Notes under the pieces: generated by a model | The model's input: the letters and a program-made list of their open reading frames with translations, nothing else | The model's database searches: none | What the model was told of the DNA's origin: nothing | Translations under genes and position numbers: made by a program | In this document: positions 15,135-24,097 of the stretch, in pieces | Position numbering within the stretch: position 1 is the stretch's first letter | How the letters are laid out: every line of letters starts with the position of its first letter | Source: a virus | Lineage: Duplodnaviria; Caudoviricetes | Reading direction: 5' to 3' (one strand) | Virus record (IMG/VR): IMGVR_UViG_3300024283_000074 | Location: 1 to 35,872 of that record | Length of the DNA: 35,872 nucleotides

Positions 15135-15515
15135 GTGGCAATCGCAACAGTGAACGTGTCGTCACCCGCAAACGAAATCATCTATAGCAGCAGTGCTATG
15201 GGATCAACTGTGGAAGGAATCAAAGCCTCCTCAGCAAAAGTTTTTTCAATCATCGTTGACAACTCGTTGAACAACGCAGCAACGTACGTTAAGTTGTGGA
15301 ACGTTGCCAGCGGTTCAGTTGTAGTCGGAACGACGGCTCCGGATGAAATAATCTATGTACCAGCGAGCGCAATTATTACGCACGTTCTCTATACAGGCGC
15401 TTCGCAAGGCAAGACTTTCGGAACCGCATTGAGTGCGGCGGCAGTAACTACGGGCGGAACGTCGGGCACAACAGCACCATCGAGTGCTACGGTTGTAACT
15501 GTCAATTTCGTCTAA
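15135..15515 (+). CDS. probable virion structural protein
   Basis: GGAG SD, GTG start; Ser/Thr/Ala/Val-rich beta-type sequence. Confidence 0.7.
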   Translation: MAIATVNVSSPANEIIYSSSAMGSTVEGIKASSAKVFSIIVDNSLNNAATYVKLWNVASGSVVVGTTAPDEIIYVPASAIITHVLYTGASQGKTFGTALSAAAVTTGGTSGTTAPSSATVVTVNFV

Positions 15516-15592
15516 GAGTTTTTAAAAAGTTTTTGAAGTCACAGATTGTGATTTCAAGCAATAGATATCCCTCGGGGTTGCTCCCGGGGCTA

Positions 15593-15642
15593 GACTTGGA
15601 GGGTGCCTATTACACCCTCCTTGTCGTTCTTAATAGGAGAAT
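15593..15642 (+). promoter_or_regulatory. kissing-loop leader 4
   Basis: loops cctatta (15606) / taatagg (15631); ATG at 15647. Confidence 0.8.
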
Positions 15643-15646
15643 AAAA

Positions 15647-16276
15647 ATGAGAAGCGGATTATGTTCGTTTTGCAAAAATGTTTTAACTTTAGAAAACTCT
15701 AAGCCATCTGTTTTTAAAAAGAGAGCCGGATATTGCCGTTCGTGTGCCCGAATAAAAAGAGGTCCCGGCAGATGTCATGCATGCAAAGAGATTTTTTCTG
15801 AGAGCAACAGCAACCCATCGACACTAAAAATCGGCAGAGGCAAATGTAGGATTTGTGAAAATCTAGAATATCAAAAAGTAGCCGAAAAAGTAAAAGAAAG
15901 AGCCGAAAAATGGGCGGCTAAAAATTCTGTTAAACACAAACAGTTTTGTCGAAGTTGGTATAGAAAAAAGAAATACGGAATAACGAGAGAAGAGTTTGAA
16001 GCTCAGTTTAATCTACAGCGAGGGCTTTGTTCTATTTGTAAAGAGCCTATGATTACCAGCGGAAAACCTCGCGGTAAAAGAGTTTGCCAAGACCACAATC
16101 ACGAGACAGGTAAACTGAGAGATTTATTGTGCTCTAGTTGTAATCTGCTGTTAGGAAACTCTTACGAAAATGAAAAGATTCTCGTAAATGCGATTTTGTA
16201 TTTACGAAAACACGCAGACGGTAGCTCGATCCAAACTGTCTGTGATGGCGTACAGAATATTTCTGTCGCGTCATAA
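15647..16276 (+). CDS. endonuclease VII-family (HNH-like) homing endonuclease
   Basis: KYGIT...QRGLCSIC...QDHNHETGKLRDLLCSSCNLLLG; two N-terminal CxxC..CxxC repeats. Confidence 0.85.
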   Translation: MRSGLCSFCKNVLTLENSKPSVFKKRAGYCRSCARIKRGPGRCHACKEIFSESNSNPSTLKIGRGKCRICENLEYQKVAEKVKERAEKWAAKNSVKHKQFCRSWYRKKKYGITREEFEAQFNLQRGLCSICKEPMITSGKPRGKRVCQDHNHETGKLRDLLCSSCNLLLGNSYENEKILVNAILYLRKHADGSSIQTVCDGVQNISVAS

Positions 16277-16334
16277 AAAGCGGTATTCGATTTAGTTAAT
16301 CCGAGTCGTCTATCGTAAACATAAGGAGTAGTAC

Positions 16335-16970
16335 ATGTCTTTTCCAATTCAGGATTGGGGCGCTAATGGCGGTTTCCCGTCGACTGTAGGTGGTACCGGA
16401 ACTTCGGTCAAATATTTTGGCCGTAACGCAGCATTCGCAGCAGGCGCAACGTGGACCTCACCGGCCACCCCGTCTTCAACGAACGCAAGCGGTTTGATGG
16501 TTGTTCCCGGCGATTTGAAATTGAACGGTCAGGTGCTTGAAGTTGTGGCATCGGGCGCGTTCTTCCCGTCTTCGGCAATCAGTTCGTCTGAAACCGTGAC
16601 GGTTGCTTTGTATGCCGTAACTGGTACAATTACCAGCCCGACGTACACACAGCTTGCATCTACTGGCGCATTCGCACCGGGCGTTGACGGCTTGTGGTAC
16701 AACTTCACGATCAGAGCAAACATGCAAGGCAACAACGACAGCGGCATCGTCGGCGGTAACTACAGCGCGGTTGTTAACAACACCGTTGCGAACAGCACCC
16801 CGAAGGCGCTCGACAACTCGTTGACTGGCATCAGCTTTGGCCAGAACGGCGTTGTGAACGGCGTTCCGGGCGCACTTGGTGGTCCGTTTGGTTTGGTTGT
16901 AGGCGTGACCTTCAGCCAGAGCGACGCAGCCAACAAGGCTAAGCTCTACGAATTCAGCATCAGCGCTTAA
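16335..16970 (+). CDS. probable virion structural protein
   Basis: AAGGAG SD; Gly/Ser/Thr-rich; followed by a terminator. Confidence 0.7.
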   Translation: MSFPIQDWGANGGFPSTVGGTGTSVKYFGRNAAFAAGATWTSPATPSSTNASGLMVVPGDLKLNGQVLEVVASGAFFPSSAISSSETVTVALYAVTGTITSPTYTQLASTGAFAPGVDGLWYNFTIRANMQGNNDSGIVGGNYSAVVNNTVANSTPKALDNSLTGISFGQNGVVNGVPGALGGPFGLVVGVTFSQSDAANKAKLYEFSISA

Positions 16971-16987
16971 TTCGATCACATAATCAC

Positions 16988-17016
16988 GGGGGTCGAAAGG
17001 CCCCCTCAATTTTCTC
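16988..17016 (+). terminator. probable intrinsic terminator
   Basis: gggggtc-gaaa-ggccccc hairpin followed by an imperfect U-rich tract. Confidence 0.5.
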
Positions 17017-17121
17017 TCGGCGAGTGAGCGCGATATAGAAGCAGCTACTCCCAGAGAAGCCCGTGTGTAATCCACGACCTGTCTGATCGTTATAGTCGAT
17101 GACAAAAATTTTAAGGATACC

Positions 17122-17439
17122 ATGTTCGACCCAGCCAGTTTGACATTGGGTCAGGTTTCATCAGCGATCAGAGATTTTGCAATCGTAGGGTTTCTTGTTG
17201 GCGGCGCGTGGAAAGCGCGCGGTATATTCGAAGCCGGTAAGAAGTTCTTTGAGCGTTTGACGACATTTATGGATACGGTAGAGAGTGATAGTGCTTACAT
17301 TCGACAAGGAATGCACACGCTCCTAACGAATCATTTGACTCATATGGAATCAGATTTGAAAAATATAGCTCGTCATCAAGTACGTGCTACCTCATTTGAG
17401 CAAGATACGTACACGACTGAGGATTCATCGGAGATTTAA
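17122..17439 (+). CDS. membrane-anchored hypothetical protein
   Basis: AAGGA SD; one hydrophobic segment then helical region. Confidence 0.65.
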   Translation: MFDPASLTLGQVSSAIRDFAIVGFLVGGAWKARGIFEAGKKFFERLTTFMDTVESDSAYIRQGMHTLLTNHLTHMESDLKNIARHQVRATSFEQDTYTTEDSSEI

Positions 17440-17440
17440 A

Positions 17441-17629
17441 GTGCCCGCAGAATCAAAAGCACAGCAACAGGTTATGGCGATTGCACTCCATCACCCCGAG
17501 AAACTGCATAAAGAGAATCGCGGGTTGCTGAGCATGAACCACAAGCAGTTGCACGAGTTTGCATCAACGCCGCGACACAATCTCCCTTCGTATGCACACG
17601 CGCGAAAGGCTCGTAGAGACAATGGCTAA
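17441..17629 (+). CDS. small basic protein (DUF3008-like N-terminus)
   Basis: GGAG SD, GTG start; PAESKAQQ..MAIALH...LHEFAST motif. Confidence 0.65.
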   Translation: MPAESKAQQQVMAIALHHPEKLHKENRGLLSMNHKQLHEFASTPRHNLPSYAHARKARRDNG

Positions 17630-18152
17630 TCTTGTAAAGATAGAAAGATGGGGCTTGTTGTTTGTTGGCGGCAAAGATACCAACGGTCAGCCAAAGTCTT
17701 GTTTTAATTGCCCACACATGATGGCAAAACAAGAAACGTGCGCGTATATAGGTCCCGAAGTAATACTGAAACATTTGACAGTCGACGGGCAACTGTACAC
17801 ACCGGTTTGTGGGTATCAGATTGGCGGTCTTCCAACCGTAACCGATAAGCCTACGTACATGGGTAAAGACCCCGACGAACTAGGGCTCGAATGGGCAAAA
17901 GGCACAGGAACGAACTGTGGCGGCTACGCCAATGGCGCACCGTGCGAACGTTTTGTTCCCACAGAAGGTAATGACGGAACTTGCGCCATTATGACTGACG
18001 ACGATAATAAAGTTGATTGGGACGATTGTTGCGCAGCACACAAAGGTTCATCAATGGACTGGAAAGAAGCACAACAAAGAATACAAGCCGAAGGCTCTCA
18101 AGAATCGGAAGAATTTGGAGCAGCTTATAAGTGGCGTAAGAGGGAAAAGTAA
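17622..18152 (+). CDS. Cys-rich hypothetical protein
   Basis: starts MANLVKIERW; two Cys clusters (CFNC..C..C; C..C..C..CC), possible metal binding. Confidence 0.65.
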   Translation: MANLVKIERWGLLFVGGKDTNGQPKSCFNCPHMMAKQETCAYIGPEVILKHLTVDGQLYTPVCGYQIGGLPTVTDKPTYMGKDPDELGLEWAKGTGTNCGGYANGAPCERFVPTEGNDGTCAIMTDDDNKVDWDDCCAAHKGSSMDWKEAQQRIQAEGSQESEEFGAAYKWRKREK

Positions 18153-18153
18153 A

Positions 18154-18765
18154 ATGGCACACAAACTAGTAGCCCTCCTAATCCGTCATGGTACGACAAA
18201 TCTTAACGACCAAAACAAGTTTAGGGGCCCCGCCGATCCCGATTTGGATGATAAAGGTAAAGAACAAGCCGAAGAAATCGGTAAGCAATTGAAAGGACGT
18301 TCGTTCAGCGGAGTTTTCACAAGCAGCAAAAAACGCTCAAAGCAAACAGCAGATATCGCACTCGGCGGGAAGAAACACAAAGCCGTAAAGAATCTCGATC
18401 CTCTTAACGTTGGTGACTTTGCAGGGCAGCCGAAGAACGACGAGAACATGAAACAAATTGTTCACCATCAGGAGAATCCCGACGAAGTGATTCCGGGCGG
18501 TGAGAGTATCAATCAATTCAGAGCGCGCGTCAATCCAAAGATTAAGATGATTATTAGACGTGGCGAAGATAGCGGTAAACCAGCGGTAGCGTTCGTTCAC
18601 AGTTCTACGATTCATCAACTCGGACATTTGCTTCACGATGACCACAATCATGTGAAAGTGAAACCGGGAGGAATGGCCGGAGTATTCAAAGGACCATTCG
18701 GGTATTACGCCAAGGCTTTAACAAAAGAAAGCCACGACGAAAAAGATAAGCACATGGTGAGCTAA
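18154..18765 (+). CDS. histidine phosphatase (phosphoglycerate mutase family)
   Basis: LIRHG.T..N motif, S...RS.QTA, PGGES..F..RV, VHS. Confidence 0.9.
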   Translation: MAHKLVALLIRHGTTNLNDQNKFRGPADPDLDDKGKEQAEEIGKQLKGRSFSGVFTSSKKRSKQTADIALGGKKHKAVKNLDPLNVGDFAGQPKNDENMKQIVHHQENPDEVIPGGESINQFRARVNPKIKMIIRRGEDSGKPAVAFVHSSTIHQLGHLLHDDHNHVKVKPGGMAGVFKGPFGYYAKALTKESHDEKDKHMVS

Positions 18766-18992
18766 TGAAGCACAAATTTACAAAGACCGAAATCGAACAT
18801 TGTGATGATGGGTCAGCAATGATTCATCACGAACACGAAGACGGGTCGTCCCACGTTCGTCATGCCGTAGAAGACCTCGATGCCATTCATGATAGTCTCG
18901 AAGATTATCTACGCGACCACGAAGACGAGGAAGCCAAAGAGGAAGAAGTTCATCCCGGCCTTCACGATGAAATCGAAAAGGCAAAGGAATAA
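18765..18992 (+). CDS. His/acid-rich small protein
   Basis: TAATG coupling; paralog of the next gene. Confidence 0.7.
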   Translation: MKHKFTKTEIEHCDDGSAMIHHEHEDGSSHVRHAVEDLDAIHDSLEDYLRDHEDEEAKEEEVHPGLHDEIEKAKE

Positions 18993-18995
18993 GTC

Positions 18996-19262
18996 ATGGC
19001 AAAACACGGTTTCAAACACACAAAAATTACTCACCATAAAGATGGTAGCGCTACGATTCATCACGCGCACAAAGATGGTCCGCACAAGGACGTTCATCAC
19101 GCTGTTACGTCGCTAGATCACCTGCACGACAGCATGCAAGACCATTTGGGAACGCCGAACGAAGGTGAAATGGAAGCCGCTGCTGGTAATCACGGCATCC
19201 CGACAGAGCACGCACAACCGGCAGGCATTCCGATGCCAGCGGCACAAGGACAAGCGGCGTAA
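18996..19262 (+). CDS. His-rich small protein
   Basis: AAGGA SD; aligns with 18765..18992 (DGSA.IHH.H.DG...HAV..LD..HDS..D.L). Confidence 0.7.
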   Translation: MAKHGFKHTKITHHKDGSATIHHAHKDGPHKDVHHAVTSLDHLHDSMQDHLGTPNEGEMEAAAGNHGIPTEHAQPAGIPMPAAQGQAA

Positions 19263-19306
19263 TATAAATTATTTTTAAAATTCCTCGGGGTTGCTCCTGA
19301 GGCGCA

Positions 19307-19359
19307 GATTCGAGGGCGTGCCTAAACCACGCCCCGGGTCGCATTCTGTTTAGGAGAAT
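19307..19359 (+). promoter_or_regulatory. kissing-loop leader 5
   Basis: loops cctaaac (19321) / gtttagg (19348); ATG at 19363. Confidence 0.8.
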
Positions 19360-19362
19360 AAA

Positions 19363-19977
19363 ATGAAAACATGTTGTCATTGCAAGCAAGAACTGTCCTT
19401 AGATTCTTTTCAAAAGAATAGAGTCGCTCCCGACGGTTTACAATACCGCTGTAAGGATTGTACAAGGACGGCGCATAAAGAGTGCTATGCAAAACGTGGG
19501 CACTTGTGGCTTCCAGCAGCCGAACAATGGAAGAACAGGCCCGAGAACCGAGAGCGTAGAAACAAAACAACTCGCGAAAGAATGGCTAGACTTAAAGTAG
19601 AAAATCCAGAAAAGTACAAAGAAGATAGAAGGCGTTGGCAACTTTCTGCCAAGTACGATATAACGCCGGAGTTAAAACAGGCGTTGGTAGAAATCCAAGG
19701 AAGTATTTGCGCCATCTGTTTTGATCCCATAGATGCGATTAGCTGTGCAACAGATCACAGCCACGTAGGAAAGTATGTTAGGGGTATGTTGTGTAAACCC
19801 TGTAATTCTGCTTTAGGATTCTTTAAAGACAGCCCCGAAATTCTAAGAAGAGCAGCAGAGTATTTAGAAAAATCCAAAGACATAGAATTAGAGCCAACCG
19901 CTGAAGATTTTGAAATCGCAACAAATTTGTTGCAGGAGTATTTAGATGGCGAAAGTAAAAAACCCGTCTCTCTATAG
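19363..19977 (+). CDS. endonuclease VII-family homing endonuclease
   Basis: KTCCHCK..DGLQYRCKDC; QGSICAIC...DHSH...VRGMLCKPCNSALGFFKDSP. Confidence 0.88.
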   Translation: MKTCCHCKQELSLDSFQKNRVAPDGLQYRCKDCTRTAHKECYAKRGHLWLPAAEQWKNRPENRERRNKTTRERMARLKVENPEKYKEDRRRWQLSAKYDITPELKQALVEIQGSICAICFDPIDAISCATDHSHVGKYVRGMLCKPCNSALGFFKDSPEILRRAAEYLEKSKDIELEPTAEDFEIATNLLQEYLDGESKKPVSL

Positions 19978-20146
19978 AAGTTTGCATCAACTCAGAAAAG
20001 GAAATCTGCACAAGGCATTAGGTGTTGCTCAAGGGCAACAGATTCCTGAAGAGAAGGTTCAGGCGGCTCGCCACAGCACGAACGAGCACGTCCGAAAAAT
20101 GGCCGAGTTCGCGCATACGATGTCTAAGTGGAATCATAAAAAGTAA
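19946..20146 (+). CDS. small basic phage protein
   Basis: AGGAG SD; KGNLHKALGVAQGQQIP motif. Confidence 0.7.
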   Translation: MAKVKNPSLYRSLHQLRKGNLHKALGVAQGQQIPEEKVQAARHSTNEHVRKMAEFAHTMSKWNHKK

Positions 20147-20159
20147 AAGGTAAACCAAC

Positions 20160-20432
20160 ATGGCAGCAGACGGCGGAGTAGCAGCGGCATTAGCGAGTGC
20201 AAAAAAGACATTGAACAAAGTGTCTCACTCGAATATAGACACCGGCGGTCAACATGCGTGGACCCCTGCCAAAAAGCCAGCGGCAGCACCGGCAAAGACA
20301 GACCTTTCAAACGCGCCGTATTCGATGGCGCACAAGCCGGGTTTGTCAGGAGAAGCCGAGGACGCAGGCGCAGGCATTAAGCACAGAATGGAAACGGAAG
20401 AAGCAGCTAGAAAATCTCTGGATCAACAATAA
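20160..20432 (+). CDS. hypothetical protein
   Basis: AAGGT SD; Ala/Lys-rich; APYSMA motif. Confidence 0.65.
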   Translation: MAADGGVAAALASAKKTLNKVSHSNIDTGGQHAWTPAKKPAAAPAKTDLSNAPYSMAHKPGLSGEAEDAGAGIKHRMETEEAARKSLDQQ

Positions 20433-20729
20433 ATGTTTAAGTTTTTGAAGGACGCATTTTGCGATAACGGAACGCCGAGCAGCAGTCGTATTCTTACCGC
20501 TGTATCTACGATAACGGTGTTGGTTGGTTTTATTCACGTTTGTTTTCACAATCATCAATTACCCGATGGTGGTGCGAGCGCAGGAGCAGCAACACTTGCA
20601 ACAGCGGCTTACGCAGCCAATAGGGCTACAACGGCATGGCAAAATAGGAATCAGCCTAGTCAACCGAGTAAAGATGACGATGCTATCGCAGCCGCAGCAG
20701 ACGTACCCGTAGTTGTCAAAAAGAGTTAA
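20433..20729 (+). CDS. membrane protein, possible holin
   Basis: D.G.PSSSR followed by two hydrophobic segments. Confidence 0.55.
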   Translation: MFKFLKDAFCDNGTPSSSRILTAVSTITVLVGFIHVCFHNHQLPDGGASAGAATLATAAYAANRATTAWQNRNQPSQPSKDDDAIAAAADVPVVVKKS

Positions 20730-20731
20730 AC

Positions 20732-20932
20732 ATGCGAAACGATCCGGTTCAAGAAGTTTTGAAAGGCGCAAAGAACGTTTTGCAAAAAGGAAACAACTCG
20801 ACAGAGAATGTTGAGGGCAATCCGACGTTTTCTTTTTCACCACCAACAATAAAGAAGCCAAGCATACCGCAAGCCAAAGAGCCCAGAGAGGCTCCGTACA
20901 GTCTTGCGTACGATGCAAATAAACAGAAGTAA
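20732..20932 (+). CDS. hypothetical protein
   Basis: 66 aa; APYSLA motif; weakly similar to 20160..20432. Confidence 0.55.
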   Translation: MRNDPVQEVLKGAKNVLQKGNNSTENVEGNPTFSFSPPTIKKPSIPQAKEPREAPYSLAYDANKQK

Positions 20933-20967
20933 CTGGCCAGCAATATAATTGGCCGAGGAGAGTCCAA

Positions 20968-23292
20968 ATGGCTCTAACACAAGAAGAAAGAGAATCAAAT
21001 CGTCTTCGTCAAGCTGCTTTTAGAGCACGCAAGAAAGCAGAAAAAGATAGATTACAGGCATCACAACCTGCACCGCCTCCTGAAGACGCTATCCAAAAAT
21101 ACGGAAAAGAGCACGAGCTTAACTTGGCTTGGGCCACAGAGCAAGATGCTCTAGGTGTGTTTTATAGGGGCGAACAAATGCCCCACGTCGATCTTCTAGC
21201 GATATACGAAGGCATAGATATCCACGACAAAGAGTTGGACGACGAAGAAGAGCCAAAGAAAAAGAAATCGAAAAAGAAGAAAAAAAATTGGCCTAACCCG
21301 TCTTTTCAAAAAATAACCATAAAAGCCATATCGTACATCGAGGATCACGATTTAGGTGACGGCGTAAAGGTTTCTCTCGAAAGGCCGATAGAGCCAGACT
21401 GTATTGACAACTGTGACCACAAAGATTGTGGGCGAGAGTATCGTGGCGCTAAAGAAGTAGACGAGATAGTTTCGTTTCGTCGCTGGTTAGATTTGCGCGC
21501 GAAAGCTCGTTTAGACTTGTTTTGGCTAGGTCGTTTGTTAGGCTACGGCTTGTACCACATGTCCCACCAGTATGTCTGCAAGCAATTTGTGGCTAAGAAT
21601 TTTGAAGGGCTGTATTTTCCGGGTTATACGCTCGACGATTTCCATTCGGCAATGCGTAAACAGAAGCGCTATGCCAATCTTGGGGTAGATGTCGATACCC
21701 CGAGAGAGACGCGTGAAATGATGCTTTTGGAACCCAGAAGTTCCTACAAAAGCACGATAAACAGAATAGACGTTGTACAGTGGTTGATATCAGCGGCTGA
21801 TATTAGAATCATGTTCATCACGTCTACAAAAGATTTGGCCGAAGAATTTGCCACGGACGTAAAGAAAGCTCATTTTTATTTGGCTAGTGGCGCTCGTCCC
21901 AGTGCCTTCCAAATGCTTTTCCCGGAGTTTATTCTAACAGGCACAGACGGTTGGTCTGAGCAGCCTTTGGAATGTCCAGCGCGTATCCACCATCAGCCTC
22001 AGCCCAGTGTATGGGCGACGTCGATGCAGATTACGAGCACTGGAAAACACTGTGACATTTGTAAGTTTGATGATGCCGTCGACTTAAAAAATTCTGATAA
22101 TCCTGAAAAACGGGAAGCCTTAAAATTCAGGATTAACGCATACGAAGACGTGCGCGATCCTTGGGGATTTACAGATTCGTGTGGAACGAGATATTTTACA
22201 ACCGACTGGTACGGCACTCGTCAGTTGCCCCAAGACGAGGGCTCTAAGGACATCGCTCCTCTTTTGTATAGCTGCCGAAGTTCTTGGATTCTTAACAAAG
22301 AAGACCAGCAGCATTTTGATCGCGGTAATCTTACTGTTAAAGATATCATCCAACAAAAACGAGCCAAGTTAGTTCATCCGTACAAACTTACGTGGGAAGA
22401 ATTAGCTCGAACTTTGAAAAAGAAAGGCGAGCGCAGTTTTAAAAATCAGCAGCTTAATATAGCTACTGATCCCGCCGTAGACGACTTGTTCATCAGTCAG
22501 TTCGACGAAGATGGGCTAAGAGCGCACACGTACGACCGTTCTGCTGTTCCCCCGTTGATAGAAGTTATACAGTCATGGGACACAGCGTACGGAGACAAAA
22601 AGACGTCAGACTATTCAGTTGGTGCAACTCTGGGAATTTACAGAGACAAGTACGGTATGCCCGGAATAGTAGTCTTGGACGTTCTTTACGGAAAATGGAA
22701 GTCGTCCGAGTTGTCTTATCATTTCATGAAGTATTATGATAAGCACAAGCCGAATAGAGTATTCATTGAAGACACGAATGGAACAGACTCCTTTTTACAA
22801 TTGGTAAAAGCCAATTGCGTAAGAGTCAATTGCGATTTACCGTCCAAGTGGCGAGTCAGACCAATCAACGTTGAGCGCGGAGCTAAGAAAATTCGCGTTA
22901 TGGATTTGCAGTTTTTGTATTCGCAAGAGCGTTTGTGGTTCGTTAAGGGTTGGTGGATTGACGAGCTATATAAACAGTTCATTGACTATAAAGGCGGCAA
23001 GAGCACGGGATACAAAAAAGATGACATCGTTGACGCAATAAGTTTGGCGGTTACACATCTTCCGGCATCTGCTTTGGGGGTCAATCCTGACCCAAAAGAA
23101 GTCGAAAAAGAACACGAAGACATGCTAGCTAAAGAAGCAAGAAGCGCTTGGTACCAACGCATGCACGGCGGTCCTTCTCCAACAAAACCAAAAGAACCGA
23201 TTGTAATAGACACGCCTCCTCCGAGAGATTCTCGGCAAGAGTTAATGAAAAAACTGGTTGGCAAGATTTTGCCCGCCGGAATGCGAATCTAA
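20968..23292 (+). CDS. terminase large subunit
   Basis: deviant Walker A EPRSSYKST, TGKHCD..KFDD Walker B, GTRY..DWYG, RNase H-like SWDTAY....SDYSV, FIED, KDDIVDA; lies upstream of the portal. Confidence 0.85.
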   Translation: MALTQEERESNRLRQAAFRARKKAEKDRLQASQPAPPPEDAIQKYGKEHELNLAWATEQDALGVFYRGEQMPHVDLLAIYEGIDIHDKELDDEEEPKKKKSKKKKKNWPNPSFQKITIKAISYIEDHDLGDGVKVSLERPIEPDCIDNCDHKDCGREYRGAKEVDEIVSFRRWLDLRAKARLDLFWLGRLLGYGLYHMSHQYVCKQFVAKNFEGLYFPGYTLDDFHSAMRKQKRYANLGVDVDTPRETREMMLLEPRSSYKSTINRIDVVQWLISAADIRIMFITSTKDLAEEFATDVKKAHFYLASGARPSAFQMLFPEFILTGTDGWSEQPLECPARIHHQPQPSVWATSMQITSTGKHCDICKFDDAVDLKNSDNPEKREALKFRINAYEDVRDPWGFTDSCGTRYFTTDWYGTRQLPQDEGSKDIAPLLYSCRSSWILNKEDQQHFDRGNLTVKDIIQQKRAKLVHPYKLTWEELARTLKKKGERSFKNQQLNIATDPAVDDLFISQFDEDGLRAHTYDRSAVPPLIEVIQSWDTAYGDKKTSDYSVGATLGIYRDKYGMPGIVVLDVLYGKWKSSELSYHFMKYYDKHKPNRVFIEDTNGTDSFLQLVKANCVRVNCDLPSKWRVRPINVERGAKKIRVMDLQFLYSQERLWFVKGWWIDELYKQFIDYKGGKSTGYKKDDIVDAISLAVTHLPASALGVNPDPKEVEKEHEDMLAKEARSAWYQRMHGGPSPTKPKEPIVIDTPPPRDSRQELMKKLVGKILPAGMRI

Positions 23293-23309
23293 TTTTGTAC
23301 GTACAACCT

Positions 23310-23359
23310 GATTGGGGCGTGCCTGTAACACGCCTCAGTCTACTCTTTACAGGAGAGTG
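23310..23359 (+). promoter_or_regulatory. kissing-loop leader 6
   Basis: loops cctgtaa (23322) / ttacagg (23347); ATG at 23363. Confidence 0.8.
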
Positions 23360-23362
23360 AAA

Positions 23363-24097
23363 ATGTTTATTTATTTGATTACGAATTTGATTAACGGCAA
23401 ACGGTACATTGGGCAGACTAAACAAAGCCTGTCTGCTCGATGGAACATGCACGTATCTAAAAATCATTGCCGATATTTGTACAATGCGATTCAGAAACAC
23501 GGAAGAGAGAACTTCTCTATGGAAGTTCTGTTCGATGTTCCGACTAAAGAGTTGGCGAATGAGTTTGAGATAGAGTACATAAAACGTTATTGCACTTTGT
23601 TTCCTAACGGGTACAACATTCTTCCCGGTGGAGATGATAGACCGCCATTAACAGAAAAACAACGCCAAGCTATCTCTAAGTTACACAAAGGCAATAAGTA
23701 TCGTGTGGGGCATGTTCCTTCTGAAGAAACAAAAAGAAAACTGTCTTTAGCTAACACCGGTAAAAAGATGACACATGAACAAAGGCAAAAGCTGTCCGCT
23801 GCCATGAAAGGGAATAAAAATCCCAGCGGAAGACACGTGTCTGAAGAAACTCGACGCAAGATAGGTTCGGCGCACAAAGGCAAAATTCTTTCAAAAGAAA
23901 CAAAGCAACAACTTTCTATCGCACACAGCGGTAAAAAGGCAACAGAAGAGACTCGTGAGAATATGCGTTTAGCCCAACAAAAGAGACGGCTAAACGAATC
24001 TCCAGAAGATAGGAAACGAATGCCCTTATCTGAAGAGGTTAAACATAGGATGAAGTTGTCGCAAATGGCTAGAAGGTTAAGAGAGCGCAATGTCTGA
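23363..24097 (+). CDS. GIY-YIG homing endonuclease with NUMOD3-type repeats
   Basis: FIYLITNLINGKRYIGQT, R, E, NGYN; repeated SEETKRKLS.A..GK. Confidence 0.9.
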   Translation: MFIYLITNLINGKRYIGQTKQSLSARWNMHVSKNHCRYLYNAIQKHGRENFSMEVLFDVPTKELANEFEIEYIKRYCTLFPNGYNILPGGDDRPPLTEKQRQAISKLHKGNKYRVGHVPSEETKRKLSLANTGKKMTHEQRQKLSAAMKGNKNPSGRHVSEETRRKIGSAHKGKILSKETKQQLSIAHSGKKATEETRENMRLAQQKRRLNESPEDRKRMPLSEEVKHRMKLSQMARRLRERNV

